In this document: positions 56,531-64,000 of the stretch, piece by piece
How positions within the stretch are numbered: position 1 is the stretch's first letter
How the letters are laid out: each line of letters starts with the position of its first letter
Origin: Candidatus Binatia bacterium
GTDB taxonomy: Bacteria; Desulfobacterota; Binatia; UBA9968; JAJDTQ01
Direction of reading: 5' to 3'
Assembly (NCBI GenBank): GCA_963666515.2
Contig: OY762897.2
Span: forward strand, 928,001 to 992,000
Length of the DNA stretch: 64,000 bases
Position numbers and translations under genes: made by a program
The notes under the pieces: model-generated
Database searches by the model: none
What the model saw: the letters and a program-made list of their open reading frames with translations, nothing else
What the model was told of the DNA's origin: nothing

Positions 56531-57853
56531 ATGAGCAGGCGGTTGAAATCGGGCACGTGGTGGGTGTTGCTGTTGGCAGGCGTCGCCTGGATTGCCCTGA
56601 GCTCCGGAGGCGCCGCCCGTGAGTCGGCCCCCGGTTCCCACGTGAACCTCATCGTCATCGACGGCGGCATCAACCCGGCGGTCAACGACTACATCCGCGA
56701 GAGCATTCAGCGCGCCCACGAAGGCAAGGCCCGGGCGCTGATCATCCAGCTCGACACGCCGGGGGGGCTCCTGTCCTCCACCCGCTCCATCGTCAAGGAG
56801 ATGCTGAGCGCGCCGTTGCCCGTGATCGTCTACGTGGCGCCGAGCGGAGCGGGCGCGGGGTCGGCGGGCGTCTTCATCACCATGGCGGCCAACATCGCGG
56901 CCATGGCGCCCGGGACCAACATCGGCGCGGCCCATCCGGTGGCGGGCGGGGGCCAGGAAGTCAAGGGCGTCATGGGCGAGAAGATCGAGAACTTCACCGC
57001 CTCGTTCAGCGAGACCATCGCCAAGAGGCGCGGCCGCAACACCGATTTCGCCATCCAGGCGGTGCGCCGGAGCATTTCCATCACCGACGTGGAGGCCCTG
57101 GAGAAGCAGGTCGTCGATATCATCGCCACCGACGTGAGCGATCTCCTCAGGCAGGCCAGCGGCCGTGAGGTGGAGGTGGCCGGGACCAGGCGCACCCTCG
57201 ACTTCAACGGCGTGTCGGTGCTGCGCTTCGAGATGGGGCTGAAGCAGGAGATACTCAACATCCTGGCGCACCCCAACGTCGCCTACCTGCTGATGATGGC
57301 CGGCATCCTGGGCCTCTACATGGAGTTCTCGAACCCCGGGTCGCTCTTCCCCGGCATCGCCGGCGGCATCGCTCTCCTGCTGGCGCTGGCCTCGTTCCAG
57401 GTGCTGCCCATCAACTACGCCGGCCTGTTGCTGATCGGGCTCGGCATGTGTTTGCTGGTGGCGGAGGCGTTCCTGCCGAGCTTCGGGCTGCTGGGCATCA
57501 GCGGCGTGGTGTCTCTCGGCCTCGGCTCGCTGCTGCTGTTCGATGTCGAGGGATCGGACCTGTCGGTGGACCCCGCCATCATCCTTGCCGCAGTGGGCAC
57601 CCTGAGCGCGTTCGTGCTGGTGGTGACTTTCCTGGTGGTCAAGTCGCAGAGGCGGAAGGCGACCCTGGGATTCGAGGGGCTCATCGGCGAGTTCGGCGAG
57701 GTCCGGGAGCGTCTGGACCTCAAGGGCAAGGTGTTCGTGCACGGCGAGGTGTGGAACGCGCAGGGGGCGGAGCGGCTGGAGCCGGGCGACCGGATCGAGG
57801 TCGTCGGATACGACGGGATGATACTCAAGGTCAAACGCGCCGCGGAGGCGTGA
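56531..57853 (+). CDS. nfeD: NfeD-family membrane-bound serine protease
   Basis: [26 protein letters not shown] region, C-terminal OB fold VHGEVWNA. Confidence 0.93.
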   Translation: MSRRLKSGTWWVLLLAGVAWIALSSGGAARESAPGSHVNLIVIDGGINPAVNDYIRESIQRAHEGKARALIIQLDTPGGLLSSTRSIVKEMLSAPLPVIVYVAPSGAGAGSAGVFITMAANIAAMAPGTNIGAAHPVAGGGQEVKGVMGEKIENFTASFSETIAKRRGRNTDFAIQAVRRSISITDVEALEKQVVDIIATDVSDLLRQASGREVEVAGTRRTLDFNGVSVLRFEMGLKQEILNILAHPNVAYLLMMAGILGLYMEFSNPGSLFPGIAGGIALLLALASFQVLPINYAGLLLIGLGMCLLVAEAFLPSFGLLGISGVVSLGLGSLLLFDVEGSDLSVDPAIILAAVGTLSAFVLVVTFLVVKSQRRKATLGFEGLIGEFGEVRERLDLKGKVFVHGEVWNAQGAERLEPGDRIEVVGYDGMILKVKRAAEA

Positions 57854-57890
57854 CGGACGCAGGCCCGTCACGCGGGCGCAGGAGAAACGC

Positions 57891-58655
57891 ATGCTCGAAA
57901 TAGGACCCGTTGCCATCGTGCTCATCATCGTCCTGGGGCTTGCCGTCAGCGGCATCAAGATCCTCAAGGAATACGAGCGCGGCGTCATCTTCCGCCTGGG
58001 GCGCATGGTGAACGCCCGCGGCCCGGGAATCATCTACGTGATCCCCTTCATCGAAAAGATGGAACGGATCGAGTTGAGGACCGTCACCATGGACGTTCCC
58101 TCCCAGGACGTCATCACCCGCGACAACGTGTCGGTGAAGGTCAACGCGGTGCTCTATTTCCGGGTGCTCGACCCCAACCGGGCGGTGCGGGAGGTGGCCA
58201 ACTACCTGTTCGCCACCTCGCAGCTCGCCCAGGTGACGTTGAGGAGCATCTGCGGCCAGGCGGAGTTGGACCAGCTCCTGTCGGAGCGGGAGCGCATCAA
58301 CGCCGACCTCCAGAGGATCCTCGACGAGCAGACGGACCCGTGGGGCATCAAGGTCGTCCTGACCGAGATGAAGCACATCGACCTTCCCGAGGAGATGCAG
58401 CGCGCCATGGCCCGGCAGGCCGAGGCCGAACGCGAGCGGCGCGCGAAGATCATCCTGGCGGACGGCGAGTTCCAGGCTTCGCAGAAGCTGCAGGAGGCCG
58501 CCACGGTCATCGCCAAGGAGCCCATGGCCATGCAGCTCCGCTTCCTGCAGAGCCTGCAGGAAGTGGCCAGCGACAAGAACTCCACCACCATCTTCCCGGT
58601 GCCGGTGGACCTGCTGACGCCGTTCCTGAGGAAGGCAACCGGGGACGACTCCTGA
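57891..58655 (+). CDS. Slipin/stomatin (SPFH) protein
   Basis: [40 protein letters not shown]. Confidence 0.95.
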   Translation: MLEIGPVAIVLIIVLGLAVSGIKILKEYERGVIFRLGRMVNARGPGIIYVIPFIEKMERIELRTVTMDVPSQDVITRDNVSVKVNAVLYFRVLDPNRAVREVANYLFATSQLAQVTLRSICGQAELDQLLSERERINADLQRILDEQTDPWGIKVVLTEMKHIDLPEEMQRAMARQAEAERERRAKIILADGEFQASQKLQEAATVIAKEPMAMQLRFLQSLQEVASDKNSTTIFPVPVDLLTPFLRKATGDDS

Positions 58656-58707
58656 CCTGACCCGTTGACCCGGAGCGGCCGGCGCGTGCCGGGTCCGGTC
58701 ATGCGCC

Positions 58708-59745
58708 ATGCTGCTGGAAGAACTGGCCTACGATCTTCCTGAATCGCTGATCTCCGCGTACCCCGCGAAGGATCGCGCGTCGGCGCGTCTCCTGGTGCTG
58801 GACCGGCGATCGGGCTCCCTCACCCACTCCGGTTTTGCCTCCTTGGGGGAGTTCCTTTCGCCGGGCGACCTGCTGGTGCTCAACGACTCCAAGGTGATCC
58901 CTGCGCGCCTCGAAGGGCGCAAGGAAAGCGGCGGCCGGGCGACGGTGCTGCTGGTGGAGCCCTTCGACGTCCAACGGGGACTGTGGCTCGCGCTGGTGGA
59001 CGCCTCCAAGAAGCCCCGGGTGGGCGGACGCATCGTGTTTGCCGGAGAAATCACGGCGACGGTGCTGGGAGATATGGGATCGGGCCGGTATGGCCTGCGG
59101 TTCGAGCCGCCGGAGCGTTTCCGGGAGGCGCTGGACGAGTTGGGGACGCCGCCGCTGCCGCACTACATCGAGCGGGTGCGGCGCGTGGAGGAAAGCGACC
59201 GAGACAGCTACCAGACGGTCTACGCCTCCAGCCCGGGTTCGGTGGCGGCGCCCACCGCCGGACTCCACTTCACGCGGGCGCTGCTGGACGAGCTGGCCGC
59301 AGGCGGCGTGGACAGCGTGTACGTGACGTTGCACGTGGGGTTGGGGACTTTCCGTCCGGTACGCGAGGCGGTGGTGGAGAATCACCGCATGGACGGCGAG
59401 TGGTACACGTTGAGCGGGGCCGCGGCCGAGCGCATCCGCCGGACCAGGGCGGCGGGAGGACGGGTGGTGGCGGTGGGTTCCACCACCACCCGCACGCTGG
59501 AGAGCATCGCCCGGCGCAAGGACAGGGTGGTTGCGGACTCCGGCATCACGCGTCTGTTCATCACCGGCGGCTACCGCTTCCGCGCCATCGACGCCCTCAT
59601 CACCAACTTCCATCTGCCGCGCTCGACGCCGCTGGCCATGGTGGCGGCGCTGGCCGGCCTCGACCTGGTGCGCCGCGCCTACGCCGAGGCCATCGACAAG
59701 GGCTACCGGTTCTACAGCTATGGCGACGCCATGCTCATTCTCTAG
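58708..59745 (+). CDS. queA: S-adenosylmethionine:tRNA ribosyltransferase-isomerase
   Basis: NDSKVIPARL, PLPHYI, YQTVYA, VAAPTAGLHF, TNFHLPRST, YSYGDAM. Confidence 0.97.
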   Translation: MLLEELAYDLPESLISAYPAKDRASARLLVLDRRSGSLTHSGFASLGEFLSPGDLLVLNDSKVIPARLEGRKESGGRATVLLVEPFDVQRGLWLALVDASKKPRVGGRIVFAGEITATVLGDMGSGRYGLRFEPPERFREALDELGTPPLPHYIERVRRVEESDRDSYQTVYASSPGSVAAPTAGLHFTRALLDELAAGGVDSVYVTLHVGLGTFRPVREAVVENHRMDGEWYTLSGAAAERIRRTRAAGGRVVAVGSTTTRTLESIARRKDRVVADSGITRLFITGGYRFRAIDALITNFHLPRSTPLAMVAALAGLDLVRRAYAEAIDKGYRFYSYGDAMLIL

Positions 59746-59754
59746 CAGCGGGCC

Positions 59755-60867
59755 ATGAAGTTCACGGTTACAGGCAACGACCCGGATAGCCGGGCGAGAA
59801 CCGGCCTGCTGGAGACGGCCCACGGCATGGTGGAGACGCCGGCGTTCATGCCGGTGGGGACCCGCGGCGCGGTCAAGGCGCTGTCGCCCCGGGACCTGCG
59901 GGAGGTTTCGAGCCGGATCGTTCTCTGCAACACCTACCACCTGTACCTGCGGCCCGGCGAGGAGGTCATCCGCGACCTCGGCGGCCTGCACGCGTTCATG
60001 GGCTGGGAGCGGCCGATCCTCACGGACAGCGGCGGCTACCAAGTGCTGAGCCTCGCCGCCATGCGCAGGATCACCGAAGAGGGAGTCTCCTTCCGCTCCC
60101 ATCTCGACGGCGCGTCGCACTTCCTGAGCCCGGAGAAGGTGGTGGGGATACAGCAGGCGCTGGGCGTGGACGTGGCCATGGTGCTGGACGAGTGCATCCC
60201 GTACCCGGCGAGCCGCGACTACGTCAGGAAATCGACCGACCGGACCGTGCGCTGGGCGCTCCGGTCGCTGGAGGCGCCCCGGAACCGTGACTGCGCGCTG
60301 TTCGGGATCGTGCAGGGGGGCGTGTTCAAGGACCTGCGGGAGGAGTGCGCGGCGCGCCTGCGCGAGTTCCCTTTCGACGGCTTTGCCGCCGGCGGGCTGG
60401 GCATCGGCGAGGGGCCGGCGCTTCTGGCGGAGATCGGGAGCTTCACCGCGGGGCTATTGCCGGAGGACCGCCCGCGCTACCTCATGGGTCTGGGGAAACC
60501 CGAAGACTTGATTCATGGGGTCCGCTCCGGCTATGATCTGTTCGATTGCGTTCTGCCGACGAGGAATGCCAGGAACGGTACGTTATACACCGCCACCGGG
60601 AAGCTCAGCATCAAGAACGCGGCTTTCGCCCGGGACCCGCGTCCCGTGGACGAAGGCTGCCCATGCTACGGTTGCCGGCATTTTTCGCGTGCCTATCTTC
60701 GCCACCTCTACATGGCCGGCGAAATCCTTGCGGCCTATCTGAACACGCTGCACAACGTCTGTTATTACCAGCGGTTGATGACGGAACTGCGCAGGGCCAT
60801 TCGGGATGGGTCGAGTCTGGAGGACGTCGCAGGCGGAATCTGGAAGCTCCCGGAGGCGGCCGTTTGA
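59755..60867 (+). CDS. tgt: tRNA-guanine transglycosylase
   Basis: TPAFMPVGT, NTYHL, TDSGGYQ, GIVQGG, FDCVLPTR, CPCYGC zinc site. Confidence 0.97.
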   Translation: MKFTVTGNDPDSRARTGLLETAHGMVETPAFMPVGTRGAVKALSPRDLREVSSRIVLCNTYHLYLRPGEEVIRDLGGLHAFMGWERPILTDSGGYQVLSLAAMRRITEEGVSFRSHLDGASHFLSPEKVVGIQQALGVDVAMVLDECIPYPASRDYVRKSTDRTVRWALRSLEAPRNRDCALFGIVQGGVFKDLREECAARLREFPFDGFAAGGLGIGEGPALLAEIGSFTAGLLPEDRPRYLMGLGKPEDLIHGVRSGYDLFDCVLPTRNARNGTLYTATGKLSIKNAAFARDPRPVDEGCPCYGCRHFSRAYLRHLYMAGEILAAYLNTLHNVCYYQRLMTELRRAIRDGSSLEDVAGGIWKLPEAAV

Positions 60868-60930
60868 GCCCCGCCCGGGGTAAGGGCGGAATGCCTTGAC
60901 ACCTGTTTTGAAGAAACCTTGGAGGGGATC

Positions 60931-61272
60931 ATGTGGGACGTAGCCTATGCCCAGGCCGGAGGCGGCCCCAGCACCTTCATCAGCATGCTGCCCCTGGTGC
61001 TGATATTCGCGGTCTTCTACTTCCTGCTGATCCGGCCGCAGCAGCGCAAGGCCAAGGATCACCGGAACATGCTGGCCCAACTCAAGCGCAACGACGAGGT
61101 CATGACCACGGGCGGCGTGTTCGGCAAGATCCAGGCGCTCACGGAGACCGAGCTGACCCTGGAGATCGCCCCCAACGTGCGTATCCGGGTGAGCCGGAGC
61201 CATATCGCCCAGCTCTTCAGGGGTGAAAAGGCAGCCGGGGCCAAGGACGCCAAGGAGGTCAAGGGCAAGTAG
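60931..61272 (+). CDS. yajC: Preprotein translocase subunit YajC
   Basis: FYFLLIRPQQRK, DEVMTTGGVFGKI. Confidence 0.95.
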   Translation: MWDVAYAQAGGGPSTFISMLPLVLIFAVFYFLLIRPQQRKAKDHRNMLAQLKRNDEVMTTGGVFGKIQALTETELTLEIAPNVRIRVSRSHIAQLFRGEKAAGAKDAKEVKGK

Positions 61273-61287
61273 CCTGGAGTAACGAGC

Positions 61288-62859
61288 ATGCGTCAAAGCC
61301 TGGTCATTCGCCTGATCCTGCTGGTGGTCTGCCTGGCGGCAGCGGGGGTCTATCTCGCTCCGAGTTTCGTGTCCGGCCTCTGGTTCCTGCCCGAGAACGG
61401 CATCCGTCTCGGACTGGACCTCCAGGGTGGGTCGCACCTGGTGCTGGAAGTGGAAGTGCAAAAGGCGGTGGAGAACCGCCTGCGGCGGGTACGGAGCGTG
61501 CTGCGCGACGAGCTGAGGGATCGCGGCATCGCCTTCAAGGGCCTGGACATCAGCCCGTCCGGCGAGCTGATCGTTTCCACCGCCCAGGGCAACATGGAGC
61601 GCATTCGCGATCTCCTGTCCACCGAGTTCACGCAACTGGAGGTGTCCGCCGCCAGCCCCGCGGAGGTACGGGCGGTGTTCGAGAGCCGGGAGTTGGAGAA
61701 CATCCGCAACTTCGCGGTGGACCAGACCCTGGAGACCATCCGCAACCGCATCGACCAGTTCGGGGTCACCGAGCCCACCATCCAGCGCCAGGGGCAGTAC
61801 GACATACTGGTCCAGCTTCCCGGCATCCAGGATCCGGAGCGGGCCAAGGCGCTCATCGGCAAGACCGCGCTGCTGGAGTTCAAGCTCGTGGATGAGCGGG
61901 GGGACGTGGAGGCGGCCGTGCGTTCCGGCCCGCCGCCCGGACGCGAGGTGCTGTACGGTTACGACGACGCCGCAGGAGGGGTGCGCCGCGAGAAGATACC
62001 CTACCTCCTGGAGGCGCGGACATTGATGACGGGCGACGCCATCGCCGACGCCAACGTCCGCCGGGGCGACCAGTTGGAGGGCCTCTACGTCGAGCTGGCG
62101 CTCAACTCCGTGGGCAGCACCGCCTTCGACCGCCTTACCGCGGAGAACGTCGGCCGGCTGCTGGCCATCATCCTGGACGGCCGGGTCTATTCGGCGCCCC
62201 AGATCCGCGAACGGATCTCCGGCGGCGTGGCCTCCATCACCGGCAACTTCAACTTCCAGGAAGCCCGGGACCTGGCCATCGTGCTCCGGGCCGGCGCGCT
62301 GCCGGCGCCGGTGAAGATCCTGGAAGAGCGCACCGTGGGGCCGTCGCTGGGGCGCGACTCGGTGGAGCAGGGAGTCTTTTCCTTCATTCTCGGGAGCATC
62401 CTCGTGCTGGTCTTCATGATGGCCTACTACCGCGGCGCGGGCATCCTGGCCGACGTCGCGCTGGTGCTCAACATCTACTTCATGATGGCGATTCTCGCGG
62501 GCTTCGAGGCGGTGCTGACCCTGCCCGGCATCGCCGGCATTATCCTGACCCTGGGCATGGCCGTGGACGCCAACGTGCTGATCAACGAGCGCATTCGCGA
62601 GGAGGTGCGGAACGGGAAGTCTCCGCGGTCCGCGGTGGACACGGGTTACGAGCGCGCCATTCCCGCCATCCTCGACTCGAACCTCACCACCTTTCTCGCC
62701 GGCGTCATCCTGTTCCAGTTCGGCACCGGCCCGATCCGCGGCTTTGCCGTCACCCTTTGCGTGGGCATTCTCACCACGGTCGTCTCCGCGGTGTACGGAA
62801 CCCGCATCTATTACGACTTCCGGCTGACCAGGCGGAACCTGGTCAGACTCTCCGTTTAG
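61288..62859 (+). CDS. secD: Protein translocase subunit SecD
   Basis: LGLDLQGG, RNRIDQFGVTEP, LRAGALPAP, VGPSLG, GMAVDANVLINERIREE. Confidence 0.97.
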   Translation: MRQSLVIRLILLVVCLAAAGVYLAPSFVSGLWFLPENGIRLGLDLQGGSHLVLEVEVQKAVENRLRRVRSVLRDELRDRGIAFKGLDISPSGELIVSTAQGNMERIRDLLSTEFTQLEVSAASPAEVRAVFESRELENIRNFAVDQTLETIRNRIDQFGVTEPTIQRQGQYDILVQLPGIQDPERAKALIGKTALLEFKLVDERGDVEAAVRSGPPPGREVLYGYDDAAGGVRREKIPYLLEARTLMTGDAIADANVRRGDQLEGLYVELALNSVGSTAFDRLTAENVGRLLAIILDGRVYSAPQIRERISGGVASITGNFNFQEARDLAIVLRAGALPAPVKILEERTVGPSLGRDSVEQGVFSFILGSILVLVFMMAYYRGAGILADVALVLNIYFMMAILAGFEAVLTLPGIAGIILTLGMAVDANVLINERIREEVRNGKSPRSAVDTGYERAIPAILDSNLTTFLAGVILFQFGTGPIRGFAVTLCVGILTTVVSAVYGTRIYYDFRLTRRNLVRLSV

Positions 62860-62871
62860 GGCGCCGGGACT

Positions 62872-63768
62872 ATGGAAATCATCAAGCCGGGAACCCAGAT
62901 ACCTTTCTTGAGCTACCGCCGATGGGGGTTCATGCTGTCGTCGGTCCTGGTGGCCGGGGTGCTGCTGCTGCTGTCCACCAAGGGCCCGAACCTCGGGGTC
63001 GACTTCGAAGGCGGCACCATGGTGCACGTGAAGTTCGCGGACGCGGTGACCATCGGCCAGCTTCGGGCGGCCCTGGACCAGTCGCCGCTGGGCGGGGTGG
63101 TCCAGGACTTCGGCGGCGGCGGAGCCCACGAATATCTGATCCGCATGGAGAAGTCCGCCGCCCAGATAGGCACGGTGGGCCGGGACATCCGGAACGTCCT
63201 CGACAACGCGTTCGGCCAGGGCTCCTACGAGGTGCAGCGGGTGGAATCCGTGGGCCCCAAGGTCGGCGACGACCTCCGGCGCCGGGGCATCCTGTCGGTC
63301 ATCTTCGCCACCATCATGATGGGCGCGTACATCTGGCTCCGGTTCGAGCTGCGTTTCGGGCTGGGCGCCATCATCGCCCTGGTCCACGACGTGCTCATCA
63401 CCCTGGGGGCGCTGATCATCGCCGACTTCGAGCTGGACCTGCCCATCGTCGCCGCGCTGCTGACCATCGCCGGCTACTCGGTCAACGACACGGTGGTCAT
63501 CTGCGACCGAATCCGGGAGAACATGCGCAAGCTCCGCCGCGACTCCATGGAGAAGATCATCAACATCAGCATCAACGAGACCCTCGGGCGGACCATCCTC
63601 ACCACGGTGACCACGCTGCTGGTGCTGACCGCGCTCCTGGTCCTGGGCGGCGGCGTGATCCGGCCCTTCGCCTTCACGCTGTTCGTGGGCTTCCTGGCCG
63701 GGCTCTACTCCACCATCTTCGTGGCCACGCCGACGATCCTCCTGCTGGAAAGAGGCCGGAGGCGATAA
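62872..63768 (+). CDS. secF: Protein translocase subunit SecF
   Basis: GVDFEGG, VGPKVG, HDV, GYSVNDTVVICDRIREN. Confidence 0.97.
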   Translation: MEIIKPGTQIPFLSYRRWGFMLSSVLVAGVLLLLSTKGPNLGVDFEGGTMVHVKFADAVTIGQLRAALDQSPLGGVVQDFGGGGAHEYLIRMEKSAAQIGTVGRDIRNVLDNAFGQGSYEVQRVESVGPKVGDDLRRRGILSVIFATIMMGAYIWLRFELRFGLGAIIALVHDVLITLGALIIADFELDLPIVAALLTIAGYSVNDTVVICDRIRENMRKLRRDSMEKIINISINETLGRTILTTVTTLLVLTALLVLGGGVIRPFAFTLFVGFLAGLYSTIFVATPTILLLERGRRR

Positions 63769-63785
63769 CCGCCGCCGCCTGAACG

Positions 63786-64000
63786 TTGGAAGACGCTCCG
63801 AAGCGCTGGATCCTCAAGGAGGCCGACGAAAACGCGGCGGACCTCCTCTCCCGGGATCTGAAGCTTCCGCGGCTGCTCGCCCGGATCCTGGTGCAGCGCG
63901 GTTTCGCGGACGCGGATTCGGCCCGCGGCTTTCTCTCCTCCAGCCTGAGCCAGGACCTGCCTTCGCCCCGCCTGCTGGCCGGGATGGACGACGCCGTGAG
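63786..64000 (+). CDS. recJ: Single-stranded-DNA exonuclease RecJ (5' part; runs off window edge)
   Basis: Manual translation MEDAPKRWIL...LARILVQRG...FL...DLPSPRLLAGMDDAV; typical position after secF. Confidence 0.8.
   Translation, partial: MEDAPKRWILKEADENAADLLSRDLKLPRLLARILVQRGFADADSARGFLSSSLSQDLPSPRLLAGMDDAV

Noticed and set aside
1-64000. CRISPR array, cas genes, rRNA or prophage structural genes
   Set aside because: No regularly spaced repeats or recognisable motifs found by eye

Overview
High-GC Gram-negative bacterial chromosome segment (TonB receptor, MlaA, Slam); taxonomy cannot be fixed from the sequence. In order: adenine deaminase; a cobalamin uptake and late-synthesis cluster (riboswitch-tonB-btuB, btuFCD, cobT-cobS-cobC-cobD-cbiB, cobU-cobQ) interrupted by decayed or orphan toxin-antitoxin genes and by a ~1.87-kb CTAG-bounded element with a multi-hairpin 5' end and a probable Rep-like ORF; a three-subunit Co-type thiocyanate hydrolase/nitrile hydratase-like operon with an M24 peptidase; a lower-GC islet with two paralogous XRE proteins; lipA and a CNT transporter; a Slam plus TbpB-like lipoprotein pair; catabolic genes (amidohydrolase, TTT transporter, VOC proteins, Rieske oxygenase, C-C hydrolase, ABC transporter) surrounding a stand-alone selenoprotein pair grdB(Sec)-grdE with a SECIS-like hairpin; tRNA-Leu(TAA); and housekeeping genes (two moeA, DHS-like, mlaA, coaBC, udg, nfeD-slipin, queA-tgt-yajC-secD-secF-recJ). 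The best candidates for an undescribed system are the CTAG-bounded structured-end element and the orphan GrdB/GrdE module. All calls come from motif reading only; start codons are best estimates.
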